Notes: a model not told the origin generated them from the letters alone. A stretch of DNA of 64,000 nt from Longimicrobiales bacterium (GCA_965249725.1 OZ252251.1:64001-128000); one strand, 5' to 3'; counted from the stretch's first letter, positions 33,010-43,778 are shown. Numbers and translations are program-made.

Positions 33010-34257
33010 ATGCCAGACACATCGACTGCCTTCGACTGGCCCGCCTTGCGAAAACTCTTTCCCATCTTGGGTGAAGAGGTGGGCGGCAAGCCCCTCGTCT
33101 ACCTCGACAACGCGGCCACCTCCCAGAAGCCGCAATCGGTCATCGACGCGCTTACGGACTACTACGAGCACACCAACGCGAACGTGCATCGTGGAATCCA
33201 CGAACTGAGCCGCAGGTCCACGGTCGCCTATGAAGACGCGCGGGCCCGCCTTGCCAGGTTCATCGGAGCGTCGCGACCGGAGGAGTTGATCTGGACGCGT
33301 GGCACCACGGAGGCCATCAATTTGGTCTCGGGAAGCTGGGGGCTCGACAACCTTCGAGAAGGCGACGAGATCCTCATCAGCACGATGGAGCACCACTCCA
33401 ACATCATCCCGTGGCAGTTGGTGGCGCGCCGCACCGGTGCGGTTCTCAAGTACATCGAGATGGACGAGGAGGGCCGGCTGGTCCTCGACGACCTACCGAA
33501 GCTCCTCTCCGGCCGCACGCGGCTGGTCGCGATCTCCCACATATCGAACGCCCTCGGGACCATCAATCCGGTTCGTGAGATCGTCGAGATGGCCAAGGCC
33601 GCCGGGGCCCTGGTGCTCGTCGACGGGGCTCAGGCGGCGCCCCACCGACGCATCGACGTACAGGCGCTCGGCTGCGACTTCTACGCGTTCTCGGGCCACA
33701 AGATGTGTGGACCCACGGGCATCGGCGCACTTTGGGCTCGGCATGAGCTCCTCGAGTCGATGCCACCGTATCAGGGTGGTGGCGAGATGATCCGCATCGT
33801 CGGGCGGGAAGAGAGCACCTGGGCCGAGTTGCCCCACAAGTTCGAGGCGGGCACTCCGAACATCGCAGGAGCCATCGGCATCGCGGCGGCCGCCGACTTC
33901 CTGGACGAGCTGGGCTTCGACGCGATCGGCGAGCATGGACGGGACGTCGTGTCCTATGCCATGGAGCGGCTGAGCGACATCGACGACATCCGGATCTTCG
34001 GCCCGACGGACATGGACGAGCGATCCGGTGTCGTCTCATTCGCGATGGGCGACGCCCACCCGCACGACATCTCCACCATTCTGGATTCCGAGGGAATCGC
34101 CATCCGCGCAGGCCACCACTGCGCCCAACTCGTCATGCAGCACTTCGGTGTTTCAGCCACCGCACGCGCGTCCTTCTACCTCTACAATTCGCGCGAAGAT
34201 GTCGACCGGTTGGCCGACGGCTTGGAACTCGTCCAGGGGATTTTCGGCACCGCCTAG
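33010..34257 (+). CDS. sufS: Cysteine desulfurase SufS
   Basis: YLDNAATSQKP, FSGHKMCGPTG, RAGHHCA. Confidence 0.95.
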   Translation: MPDTSTAFDWPALRKLFPILGEEVGGKPLVYLDNAATSQKPQSVIDALTDYYEHTNANVHRGIHELSRRSTVAYEDARARLARFIGASRPEELIWTRGTTEAINLVSGSWGLDNLREGDEILISTMEHHSNIIPWQLVARRTGAVLKYIEMDEEGRLVLDDLPKLLSGRTRLVAISHISNALGTINPVREIVEMAKAAGALVLVDGAQAAPHRRIDVQALGCDFYAFSGHKMCGPTGIGALWARHELLESMPPYQGGGEMIRIVGREESTWAELPHKFEAGTPNIAGAIGIAAAADFLDELGFDAIGEHGRDVVSYAMERLSDIDDIRIFGPTDMDERSGVVSFAMGDAHPHDISTILDSEGIAIRAGHHCAQLVMQHFGVSATARASFYLYNSREDVDRLADGLELVQGIFGTA

Positions 34258-34327
34258 AGGCCCGCTCGCAAGCTCGGGACCGAGGCACTATTATGGTTGG
34301 CCCAGTCCCCCTAGTCGCGACGAAATC

Positions 34328-34852
34328 ATGACGGAACCGTCCCTAACGTCTCTCTACCAGCAGCTCATTCTCGAGCACTACCGCAAGCCGCGGAACAAGT
34401 CTGAGTTGGAGAACCACACGGTCGAAGCCCAGGTCAACAACCCGGTGTGCGGAGACGAGATCAAGGTCCAGCTGCGCCTCGAGGGAGACACGATCGAAGA
34501 CGTCCGCTTCGAGGGGCAGGGCTGCTCCATCTCGCAGGCGTCCGTCTCGATGATGACCGCATTGGTGAAGGGTTCGACCCGGGACGAGGCGCTCCAGCTA
34601 GCGGACCGTTTCTCCGAGATGATGCAGGGGAGCGAGGACGCCGCGGGCGACCGTGCCATGGGTGACCTCCGGGCGCTCCAGGGCGTGAGCAAGTTTCCTG
34701 TGCGCATCAAGTGTGCGCTCCTTGGCTTCGACGCCCTGCGAGAGGCCCTCGGCGCCGACCGCGAGGTCGGCTCGAGCAAGGGCCGCAGTGCCAGCGGGGG
34801 CCGTGGGGCCACGGGGAGCCAGGCGCTCCGCCAGCGAGAGGCGGCCCACTGA
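34328..34852 (+). CDS. sufU: SufU sulfur-transfer/scaffold protein
   Basis: LYQQLILEHY, NPVCGD, GCSISQAS, RIKCA. Confidence 0.93.
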   Translation: MTEPSLTSLYQQLILEHYRKPRNKSELENHTVEAQVNNPVCGDEIKVQLRLEGDTIEDVRFEGQGCSISQASVSMMTALVKGSTRDEALQLADRFSEMMQGSEDAAGDRAMGDLRALQGVSKFPVRIKCALLGFDALREALGADREVGSSKGRSASGGRGATGSQALRQREAAH

Positions 34853-35409
34853 TGCCCGGGCGTGACGGCGCTTCCGCGGTCTTTTCCGGGGTCATTGAGG
34901 ACACACCGGTCGGACCCCTGGCGGTCTGGGTTACGCGCAACGGAGTCCGACGGGTGGGCTACGTCCAGCAGGACATGATCGACGAAGGACACTGGGACCC
35001 GGGCGAGGACCAGATTCTGGTCCGGGCGTTCAAGCAGCTCGGCCAATACCTGACGGGGCGGCGGAAGAGCTTCGACCTACCGCTCGATTTCTCGGGCGCC
35101 ACGGCGTTTCAGAAGCAGATCTTCGAGCGGCTCATGCACGTTCCGCACGGCCGTATCGTCTCCTATGGCGACATCGCCGACGAGTTGGGAGATCCGGGGG
35201 CGCCCAGGGCCGTCGGACAGGCCGTCGGAGCCAACCCGCTCCCGATCGTCGTGCCCTGCCATCGCGTGGTTCGTAGCGATGGAAAGCTGGGTGGGTACTC
35301 GGGAGGACTGAGTCGCAAGGTCACCCTCCTCGGGATCGAGGGTGTGGATGTCGACGGGCCGCGGCCCGGGAGTAGGGTCCATCCGGAGGTGCTGAGGCTG
35401 CCGCTCTAA
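34852..35409 (+). CDS. ogt: Methylated-DNA-protein cysteine methyltransferase
   Basis: RAVGQAVGANPLPIVVPCHRV active-site motif. Confidence 0.92.
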   Translation: MPGRDGASAVFSGVIEDTPVGPLAVWVTRNGVRRVGYVQQDMIDEGHWDPGEDQILVRAFKQLGQYLTGRRKSFDLPLDFSGATAFQKQIFERLMHVPHGRIVSYGDIADELGDPGAPRAVGQAVGANPLPIVVPCHRVVRSDGKLGGYSGGLSRKVTLLGIEGVDVDGPRPGSRVHPEVLRLPL

Positions 35410-35996
35410 GCGGTAGCGCATCCCGCCAGAAGCTGATGGGTGGGATTAATCGTGTCGGGAGTTGGCCCGTTACAAGACATTCTTCACGCAGGCGGGTTTT
35501 CGCAGGAGATGGCGGGTTGCAGAGTGTCCCCCGAGGAGGACGCCTAGGATCGAGAATCGCCCAGCGATGAGGTCGATTCTTGGGGACTCGCGGCCCAATC
35601 AACCCAAATGCTGCGCCTTTCTGCGATGGCACAATCCTTCCAATACTCAGCAGCGAAATTCATCGCAGATTCCTCAAGAGGGCACGCGAGCGCCGCGCGG
35701 ATCGGCGGCAGAAGCGCCAGGCTCGTGCGCGCCGACGCCGGCGCGGCTAACCGAGCCGGCGCGGGTCGAACGACTGCGAGGCCTCCGGTTGTTCGTAGGA
35801 GCCCATGCAGATGTGGCATACGGGCCGGACGCCCGGTGCTCAGGCGTGACGACAGGTGGTGGGATTAGCCTGCCAGTGAGCCAGCTAACACCGTTAGGAA
35901 GGACCGGGTCAAGAGTACGCACTGATCCTGCGTCTTGCGCCCGATGGCTCGTGTGGGCAACGTGACGGGTCGCCACCGTAAACACTCCGAGAGCTG

Positions 35997-36620
35997 ATGC
36001 CGACCGGTTCATTCCCCGCCTCCCGCCAGGCCCTGGCCGTTCTCTGTTTGGTGGCGTGTGCGTGCGGCGGTGAATCGGGCCCCGCGGCCCCCGCGGGTCT
36101 GGGCAACGCCGTGCCGCCCGACGGCGGTGCCACGGGCCCGTGCGAGCCCGGCCGCGAGTCCCTCGGCTCCTTCCCGAGCCTGCCGCTCCGGGCGCCCCCA
36201 AAAGCCATCACGACCGGTGAGGTGCCCCACTTTCAGCTCAACCCGGATACGTCACCCGAGGTGATCGCCGAGCTCTTCGAGCAGGTCTTCAGCCTCTCGC
36301 TGGTCGAAGAGCGGCCCGCGAACGTCGGCGCCCAGGGGTCCACAGCCATCTGGCTCCAGGACGTGGTCGCCATCACGCGCCCGGAGTGCGTCGTCAGCGG
36401 GCGTGAGTTCGCGCACATCCACCACGACGGCAGCCTACACTCGGTGCTGCCACACGCGCGCATCCCGCAGGCGGCGGCCGGGTGGGTGGAGATCCACCCG
36501 TTCGCGGGCGTCGTCACGGGCTTCGAAGCGTTCGTGATGATCTTCGCGCCGCGAACCCTAGAGGAAGTGGACGTGGTGTTCGACCTGATCCTCGAGGGCC
36601 TCAACTTCGTGACCGGCTGA
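35997..36620 (+). CDS. Luciferase-like/DUF5519 domain protein, possible lipoprotein
   Basis: REFAHIHHDGSLH, GWVEIHP, FAPRTLEE; LVACAC signal-like segment. Confidence 0.7.
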   Translation: MPTGSFPASRQALAVLCLVACACGGESGPAAPAGLGNAVPPDGGATGPCEPGRESLGSFPSLPLRAPPKAITTGEVPHFQLNPDTSPEVIAELFEQVFSLSLVEERPANVGAQGSTAIWLQDVVAITRPECVVSGREFAHIHHDGSLHSVLPHARIPQAAAGWVEIHPFAGVVTGFEAFVMIFAPRTLEEVDVVFDLILEGLNFVTG

Positions 36621-36763
36621 GCGTGAGCCCGTTATCGGACATGCCTGGGATCGTTGAACGAAGAGTTGGCTGTACCGAAGCCCACCCGAATGATTGCGCG
36701 GGTCGGACGCCGCTCGATAGAATGTTCGAGGTTAAGGTCCGGGCCTAGACGAAGGAACTCACA

Positions 36764-37153
36764 ATGGCGCCGATGAAAGACGTTGGTGGTTGGTTGTTCG
36801 TGTATCTCATTGGTTCGGTGCCATTGGCGCTCTTTTACGCCGCGGGACTAGCTGGGCGGTTCCTTGACTATCACCTGGGACTCTTAGCAGCGATCTTCCT
36901 CGTACTCGCGGTGCCGCTAGTGCTGGTGGTCTTGAAGGTGCCGTCTGCGCCAGCATGGAACATCGCGGCGTTATGGGTCGGAGCAGGATCGATCTCGCTG
37001 ATTTTGATAGCCGGTGCGCTTTCCGCGGATGAGGCAAGGCTCCGCGAAGTGGGCGTGACCCTGGCGGCAATCGTGTCCATCTCGATCGTCTGGGCCGTGG
37101 TATGGACGATGTACTTTCTCACCTCCGACCGAGTAGCCAGGACCTTCGTTTAG
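36764..37153 (+). CDS. Small membrane protein (DUF2569-like)
   Basis: GGWLFVYL start, four TM segments, WTMYFLTSDRVARTF C-terminus; AAGGA SD. Confidence 0.65.
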   Translation: MAPMKDVGGWLFVYLIGSVPLALFYAAGLAGRFLDYHLGLLAAIFLVLAVPLVLVVLKVPSAPAWNIAALWVGAGSISLILIAGALSADEARLREVGVTLAAIVSISIVWAVVWTMYFLTSDRVARTFV

Positions 37154-37312
37154 CTAGAGGCCCTCGCAGCTCGATGACGGGGGTTAGTCGACGTCGACCG
37201 GCCGCTTCGTGGACACTCCGGTGGCTCCGCCACCTCCGCGTCGTGAGTCGGTGAGCCCGTCATGAGGCATCCCGGATGGACGTTGCGGTGTGCCGGCTCT
37301 TCTGACCCGAGC

Positions 37313-37828
37313 CTAGCTGGCCTCGTTACCGTGAATCCGCTTCGTGAGCGCGGGTACTAGACCCATCGAGCGGGCATAGGTGGCGAGTTGACCACAGTGG
37401 TACTGCTCGTGCGCGCCCGCATAGAAGAGATAGGTCACGCGCATCCATGTCTGTCCGTCGAAACGCTTGATATCGGTCGACCAGTGGTGCTCTCCCACTG
37501 CACGGATGCGCTCGTTGCAGGTCTCCAAAGAAGACGAGAGCGCCTCGACGAGTTCGCTCGGTGTCATAGTGTCGGGGAGGTGTCCAGCGTAATCCGCCAC
37601 ATGGTCATCCGGCGAGCGGCGCGTATAGTCACCATCCGGATCCGCTGCCTCGCCGACGAGCATTAGGCTCGCGTCGATAATGTGGCGCACCACCTCCGAC
37701 ACGTTCTTGGCATCCGGGTGCGGTCGAAAGTCCCATCGCTCGAGTGGGATGTTCGTGGCTTCCCCAATCGTACCTTGTCGGGCGTAGCCGAACGCCTCGA
37801 TCGCGTCCGACAAGACTCCGTCGATCAT
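37313..37828 (-). CDS. DinB/YfiT family protein
   Basis: WDFRP, EVVRHI, HEQYHCGQL; AAGGAGG SD before ATG at 37828. Confidence 0.85.
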   Translation of the reverse strand: MIDGVLSDAIEAFGYARQGTIGEATNIPLERWDFRPHPDAKNVSEVVRHIIDASLMLVGEAADPDGDYTRRSPDDHVADYAGHLPDTMTPSELVEALSSSLETCNERIRAVGEHHWSTDIKRFDGQTWMRVTYLFYAGAHEQYHCGQLATYARSMGLVPALTKRIHGNEAS

Positions 37829-37922
37829 TTCGACCTCCTTCCAGGTTAGCGGGAGGGCAGATGCTCCCCGCGGCACCATACGTCGGACTCGGCGCGAGCC
37901 CAAGTCTGATGACCCTGCCCCC

Positions 37923-39661
37923 TCAGGCCCGAGCCCCGAAGATCCGTTCGTTGAAGGCCACGAATCGCGGATGACCTTCCAGCGCATCAGAGAGAATCGA
38001 GACACTGCGAGACCACATCACGATTGGGGACCGCTTGGTCGCCCCTTCGTCCAACTCGTCGAGCGCTCCATCGATGTCTCCCTCCAATATGCCAATAACG
38101 GCGAGGGCGGCATGATTGCCCATCTCTTGGAGTGGACCTCGTGTTTGGTCGAGGTCGGGACCGAAGTCGTAGGTCGGGTCATCCGCATGGAGCGCGAAGG
38201 CGCGCAGTACGGTGTAGAACGGGCTCGGGACGAGCCCGAAGCAGATGGAGAACTGCTCGGCGGCCTCAGCGAACCGGCCCCAGGCCAGGAGCGCCGAGCC
38301 CAGGAACTGGTGGGCCTCGTGGTGGCTCGGGTCGCGTGCGATCGCCTCCCGAATGATGCGCTCAGCCTCAGCCCTGTCGGCTTCGTCGCCTCGCATCACA
38401 AGCGCGAATCCGATCCAAGCGCGGTTGTAAATGTGGTGCGGGTCGATCTCGATCCCTCGCTCAAAGGCGGCGATCGCGTCGTCGAACCGACGCATCAGGC
38501 CCAGACAGTGGCCTCGCCATAGCTGGAAGTCCGCATCCTCCGGGTCCAGTTCGATCGCCCGGTCGAAGGCCTCCACCGCGCGATCCCATTCCCAGTCGAA
38601 GTGATACGCGACGAGCCCCCGTGCGAGCCACGACAGTGGCTTCTCCGGGTCTAGCTCGATCGCCCGCTGCATGGCCTGCGTGGCCTTCGGCCGCACGTCA
38701 GTGGAGGAAGCACCGTGCCAGTACATAGAGAGGACGTACGAGCCAGCCAGTGCACCGTAGGCAGCCGCAAAGTCCGGGTCGAGGGCGATCGCCCTCTCGA
38801 GTTCGGCGATAGTGCGCTCTCCATCCGCCCTTCGGAAGGCCTCGCGACCGCGCAGGAAATGATCGTACGCAGCCACGTTGTCCGTCGGATGCCTGCGAAT
38901 CCGTTCCACTACATCGGGCGTGAGCTCGGCTCGGAGCGCTCCGGCGAGCGTCTCGGCGATCGCGCTCTGTACTTCGAAGATGTCCACGAGATCACGATCG
39001 TACGTCTCGGCCCAAACATGCTTGTCCGTCGAGGCGTCGATCAGCTGGGCCAACACGCGCACCCGTCCCCCACGGGTCGTACGCTGCCTTCCAGCACGCT
39101 TCCGACCTCGAGTTCGCGCGCGATCTCACGGATCTGTTTGCTCGTGCCTTTATAACCCATCACCGATGTGCGAGACACGACGTGGAGGTCCTCAATCCGC
39201 GACAGTTGGGTCAGGATATCCTCCGTTATGCCGTCGCTGAAGTACTCGTTGTCCGGATCACGGCTGAGGTTGACGAAGGAGAGCACCGCGATTGCGAGAG
39301 TCGAAAACTCGTTTCCCGACGCCGGCTCATCGCCCCCCTCCCCGGTATCAGCGGACGGCGGGTCGGAGCGTGCGGCTTCCTCCACGTCCGAACCGAGCGG
39401 GTCTGCTCCCGGCGTGCGCACCACGCCGGTCGGCGTCACGTCGAAGGTCCACGCTAGAATGAGTCCGACGACCAACCCCACCACTAGCAGAGCGAGGACC
39501 AGACGGTCCGCCCACGCGGGGACCCCTATCATTGGAAACACGACGTCGACGACCTGTAGGACGAGCCAAGACGCGACGACGTAGACAGCAAGGAATCGAA
39601 CCACGCGACGACGGCGCAATTCGTGCCAGAACCCGACAAGACCGGAGACGTCGCTCGTCAC
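37923..39661 (-). pseudogene. Membrane-anchored TolB-like/TPR protein, frameshifted near 39065
   Basis: ELRRRRVVR TM region and IAVLSFVNLS..YFSDGITED..LEGSVR in one frame continue as VRVLAQLID..WAETYDR plus TPRs in another. Confidence 0.8.
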
Positions 39662-40051
39662 GTCGTGCCTCCTCTGCGGTTAGGAACGAGACTGGCCGAC
39701 GGCAAGGTCGGGCTGGCCTCCCACCCCCGCAAGCTGATGTGGCGATGATCGGGGCCGGCCAAGTCGGGCTTCAGGACCTCGAGAGCTAGTACGGCGGACC
39801 GCCCCCCGCTCCTCCCACTTCTTCTCCATGATGGCCACGCCGCTCTCGTCACCCAACTTGATGAGCGCCCACTTGTTGGTCGTCCCGCAGTCGGGGCAGT
39901 AGGCGTACGTGTCGTCGAGGACTTCCATCTCGACCGTGTGCCCGCACCCGTCGCATACTCCGAAATCCTCGGGGGGTGTGCTTGCTTGCGGATTACCTGA
40001 GGGGGGCTCGGCAGGGCTTCGCGGGGGGGGCCAACGAGGGTTCGGCGCGGG

Positions 40052-41332
40052 TCAGCCGCCGCCGGGAATCACCGGTTTGGAGGCACCGGGCTGCAGAATC
40101 ACCTTCACCGCCTTGCTCCGGCGATGGTTCGCGGCCGCCTTCAGCGCGTCTCCGTACTGATTCAGCGGAAAGGCGTGGGTCACCATTTCGTGCACCGGCG
40201 CACCGGTCTCGACCAGGAGATCGTGCACGATCTGGAAGGTGTTCTGCCGCTCGCCCCTCCATGTTTCCTGCCCGTAGCCGACGGAGCCGCGCACCCTGAG
40301 CTCGTGAGCCCACAGGAACGTGAGATCCAGTTTCTTGAGCTCCCCGACGCAACCGATGACCACGACCCGGCCCCTCGGAGACGCGAATCGGAGCGCCTGG
40401 CTCAGGCTGGAGTCGTTGCCCACACAGTCGTAGATGAGCGGAAAGCCGCCCCCCGCAAAGACTTCGGGGCCCACGATGGGCATGTACGCCGACGCTCCGG
40501 TCTCGACCAAGGCCTGTCGGGCCTCCGGCCCCGGTGTCACCACCTCGGTCGCCCCCATCTTCAGAGCGAGCTCCCGTTCGTGGTCCCTCTTCGCCTGCGC
40601 AAGAAGAACACCCTGATACCCCGTCGCCCTCAACGCCCAGATCGTGCCCAGGGCAATCGCGCCACTCCCGATGACCAGCACCGGCTCGTGCTCCTTGGGC
40701 GGGGTTTGGAGCACCGCGTGCATCGCTATGGAGAGAGGTTCGATGAGGACCGCGGTGTTGTCGGAGAGCGCATCGTCCACCGGGAAGACCTGGGACTCGT
40801 GCGCAAGTACCGTCTCTCCCCATCCCCCACGGAGGTCTCGGTGGTAGCCGACCGTCGTCCCCGCAGAAAGATGGCGCCCCGCCACCATGACCCGGGCCTC
40901 TTCGCCGGCCCGCTCGCAGGTGTAGTGATATCCCCATGAGCACGACGGGCAGCTGTCGGTCTTCGAGTACCCCCGTGTGGTGCAGGACAGAACCGGGTTC
41001 ATGGCCACTCGCTGGCCGACCTCGACCTTCGTCACGTCGTCGCCGACGGACTTCACGCGACCGAAGATCTCGTGCCCCAGGACCGCGGGGAACGAGCCGA
41101 ACGGCTCCATGGCCGGGCTGGAGCTATAGGTGAGGTTTCCGAGGTCGCTCCCACAGATGCCACCCGAGGTGACCTCGATCTCGATCCAACTCGGTGTCGG
41201 AAGCTCGAGGTCCGGCAGGTCGCGTAGCCCGAGCCCACCGAGAGCGCCGAAAAGCGCGGAGTCCGTCACCCTCCCGGCGGTCTTCGCCAGGATGAAGCGC
41301 GGTACGGATACGTCGAAAACGACTCCCTTCAT
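40052..41332 (-). CDS. Zinc-binding MDR alcohol dehydrogenase
   Basis: GICGSD, LGHE, structural Zn Cys cluster, GSGAIA. Confidence 0.9.
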   Translation of the reverse strand: MKGVVFDVSVPRFILAKTAGRVTDSALFGALGGLGLRDLPDLELPTPSWIEIEVTSGGICGSDLGNLTYSSSPAMEPFGSFPAVLGHEIFGRVKSVGDDVTKVEVGQRVAMNPVLSCTTRGYSKTDSCPSCSWGYHYTCERAGEEARVMVAGRHLSAGTTVGYHRDLRGGWGETVLAHESQVFPVDDALSDNTAVLIEPLSIAMHAVLQTPPKEHEPVLVIGSGAIALGTIWALRATGYQGVLLAQAKRDHERELALKMGATEVVTPGPEARQALVETGASAYMPIVGPEVFAGGGFPLIYDCVGNDSSLSQALRFASPRGRVVVIGCVGELKKLDLTFLWAHELRVRGSVGYGQETWRGERQNTFQIVHDLLVETGAPVHEMVTHAFPLNQYGDALKAAANHRRSKAVKVILQPGASKPVIPGGG

Positions 41333-41464
41333 CGCCTCCAGCCGGTCGAGATGATCGGGCGAGCCCGGCACGCATCCGAGGGAGCTCCCGGGCGCGCAGC
41401 GGGTTCATGCACGGTGGCAATCAGTCTAGCGGCGCAGGATTGGCAGAGCCACCGGAACCACAGA

Positions 41465-41518
41465 CCAGCGCCCAAGCCAGCGCCCAAGCCAGCGCCCAAG
41501 CCAGCGCCGGAACCAGCG
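41465..41518. repeat. 12-bp tandem repeat CCAGCGCCCAAG x3 plus a diverged copy in a divergent promoter region
   Basis: Three exact copies at 41465-41500, then CCAGCGCCGGAA CCAGCG. Confidence 0.88.
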
Positions 41519-41576
41519 ATGGAGGGAGGGGGTTAGCAAGCGCAACAGTCCGCCTCAACGTCAGCCGGACCTACCC

Positions 41577-42857
41577 ATGTCGAATCGCGCCGCCGTAGTT
41601 GCGGGATGCCGCACTCCATTCGCCCGTTCGGGCTCCGAACTGAAGGACCTGACGGCCGTCGAACTCGGTACGCTGGCCGTCCGGGAGCTGATGGACCGGA
41701 GCGGCATTCCGGGGGAGGACGTCGACCACCTCGTCTACGGAACGGTCGTCCACAATCCCCACGCTCCTCACATCGCACGCGAGGTCGGGCTGGCCACGCT
41801 GCCCAAGACCGTCACGGCGGCCACGGTATCGCAGGCGTGCGCCTCGTCGAACCAGGCCATCACGGACGGCGTCAACCTGATCGAGCGCGGGTATGCGGGA
41901 ATCGTCGTGGCCGGAGGGGCCGAGTCACTGTCGCACATCCCCATCACGATCAAGCAGTCCCTGGCGGAGACCCTCATCGCCACCTCGAAGGCCAAGAGCC
42001 TGAAGGGACGGCTGGCGACGCTCGCCCGGATTCGGCCCAAGGACCTGGTCCCCGACTTTCCCCAGATCGCCGAGCCCAGCACGGGTGAGAGCATGGGCCA
42101 GTCGGCCGAGCGGATGGCCAAGGAGAACGGGATTTCGAGAGAGGACCAGGACGCCTGGGCCCTTCGTTCCCACGGGCTGGCCGCAGCCGGGACGGAAGAC
42201 GGGAGGCTACGGGCGGAGATCGCCCCGCTCTACGTGCCACCCGACTTCGAGACCGTGATCGAGACAGACAACGGCATCCGGAGTGACAGCAGTGCAGAGG
42301 CGCTGGCCAAGCTCAGGCCCGTGTTCGATCGCAAGCACGGCAGTGTGACGGCCGGAAACGCTTCGCCGCTCACCGACGGGGGCTCCGCCGTGATGCTCAT
42401 GTCCGAAGAGCGAGCCAGAGCCCACGGAGTCGAGGTGATGGGCTACGTGAGGAGCTACGCGTTCTCGGGGCTGGATCCGCGAGGGCAGTTACTGCAGGTC
42501 CCAGCCTACGCCGCGCCCATCGCGCTGGACCGGGCGGGGGTCACCATGGCGGACATCGGCCTCATGGAGATGCACGAGGCGTTCGCGTCACAGGTCCTCT
42601 CGAACCTCCAGGCCCTGTCGTCCAAGAAGTTCGCTGAAGACGAGCTGGGGCGGAGCGAGGCCGTCGGTCACCCCGATGTGGACGTGATCAACGTGATGGG
42701 CGGGTCCATCGCGATCGGGCATCCGTTCGGAGCGACCGGCGCTCGGCTGACGACCACCCTGCTGAACGAAATGAAGCGGCGAGACGTGGAGTTGGGGCTT
42801 ATCACGGTGTGTGCAGCGGGCGCGCTGGGGTTCGCGATGGTGGTGGAGCGAGGGTAG
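41577..42857 (+). CDS. fadI: Acetyl-CoA C-acyltransferase (FadI-type thiolase)
   Basis: QACASS, MHEAFASQ, GHPFGATG, VCAAG. Confidence 0.88.
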   Translation: MSNRAAVVAGCRTPFARSGSELKDLTAVELGTLAVRELMDRSGIPGEDVDHLVYGTVVHNPHAPHIAREVGLATLPKTVTAATVSQACASSNQAITDGVNLIERGYAGIVVAGGAESLSHIPITIKQSLAETLIATSKAKSLKGRLATLARIRPKDLVPDFPQIAEPSTGESMGQSAERMAKENGISREDQDAWALRSHGLAAAGTEDGRLRAEIAPLYVPPDFETVIETDNGIRSDSSAEALAKLRPVFDRKHGSVTAGNASPLTDGGSAVMLMSEERARAHGVEVMGYVRSYAFSGLDPRGQLLQVPAYAAPIALDRAGVTMADIGLMEMHEAFASQVLSNLQALSSKKFAEDELGRSEAVGHPDVDVINVMGGSIAIGHPFGATGARLTTTLLNEMKRRDVELGLITVCAAGALGFAMVVERG

Positions 42858-42966
42858 AAACGGCTCCGCCGCGAGAAACGTCACCGGTCGCGTGCGCTCT
42901 GGTCGCGTCCGGACCCTCCCCTCCCTATCTTCGGCACCCCCCCCCTTACGCTCCCCGAAGGAGGTC

Positions 42967-43197
42967 ATGTTGAAAACGGGCAGAGGCAAGGGCGCAGAAC
43001 GCGTCGACATCGACGATACCGAACTCGACGTCGAGTTCGAACAGGAGCTCAAGGACGCAGAAGCCATGGAGAAGGCGCTCCTGCTGCGCTACGCACCGGA
43101 ACTCGAGGCCGACGAGAACGACCCCCGGGTCGCCAAAGGCCTCAAGAAGTCGGGTGACATGATGCAAGCGTTCGCCGACCGCGCAGCCAAGGACTAG
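42967..43197 (+). CDS. Hypothetical acidic small protein
   Basis: AAGGAGG SD close to the ATG; host-like GC3 codon usage. Confidence 0.6.
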   Translation: MLKTGRGKGAERVDIDDTELDVEFEQELKDAEAMEKALLLRYAPELEADENDPRVAKGLKKSGDMMQAFADRAAKD

Positions 43198-43205
43198 GGG
43201 GGATC

Positions 43206-43778
43206 ATGCCAGCGATACGACCGATGTATCACTACAAGGGCGAGAGCCCTCGCCGTCCCACCCGAACGGTCAAGGCAATCGCCAACGAGTGGACCGGGTC
43301 GATGTACGACCTGGTCGACGCCACGCGCGTCGCGCCGAATCGGACGATGTACAGGCGGGCCCAGACCATCCTGGGAGACTACGTCGACCCCCAACCGAGG
43401 CGGACGCTCATCATCGAGGCGGACCCGTGGTGCGATATGGAGTACCGGCTGAGCGCACACAAGGCGTGGGCCCACGTTGGCGGTGCCATCGGTCTGGAGG
43501 TGTGGGAGGTTCCCTGGACCGGACCCGAGGTGCAGCTCGCCAATTGGTGGCAGACGTTGTGGAAGCGCTGGGAGTGGAACTCGCCAGGTGCCGTGTTCCA
43601 CCAGGCGAACACCGTGCCGATTCGGCACTCAGTGCCCATGCGGATAGGCATGCAGTACAAGGTACTGGTGAAGACTGCGGTCATTGCTCGGGCCGCGGGC
43701 AAGAGAGGGTCCCGTCAGAGTTGGGCGTATTCGAAGCTCAAGGTTCAGCTGAGCGAGATTCCGTACCGCTACTCATGA
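43206..43778 (+). CDS. Hypothetical Trp-rich protein
   Basis: 190-aa ORF, host-like codon bias, G-rich SD-like run upstream, 8 nt after the upstream ORF. Confidence 0.6.
   Translation: MPAIRPMYHYKGESPRRPTRTVKAIANEWTGSMYDLVDATRVAPNRTMYRRAQTILGDYVDPQPRRTLIIEADPWCDMEYRLSAHKAWAHVGGAIGLEVWEVPWTGPEVQLANWWQTLWKRWEWNSPGAVFHQANTVPIRHSVPMRIGMQYKVLVKTAVIARAAGKRGSRQSWAYSKLKVQLSEIPYRYS

Noticed and set aside
35410..35996. Short ORFs in the spacer after ogt
   Set aside because: Overlapping Arg/Pro/Ala-rich ORFs on both strands without motifs or a clear SD; none is supportable.
41465..41518. Short repeats as a possible CRISPR array
   Set aside because: Units are 12-14 bp, directly tandem, with no spacers and no cas genes nearby.
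42495..42503. Thiolase QVP where the family usually has a GP motif
   Set aside because: A single substitution with all catalytic motifs intact; cannot be told apart from a base-call error.
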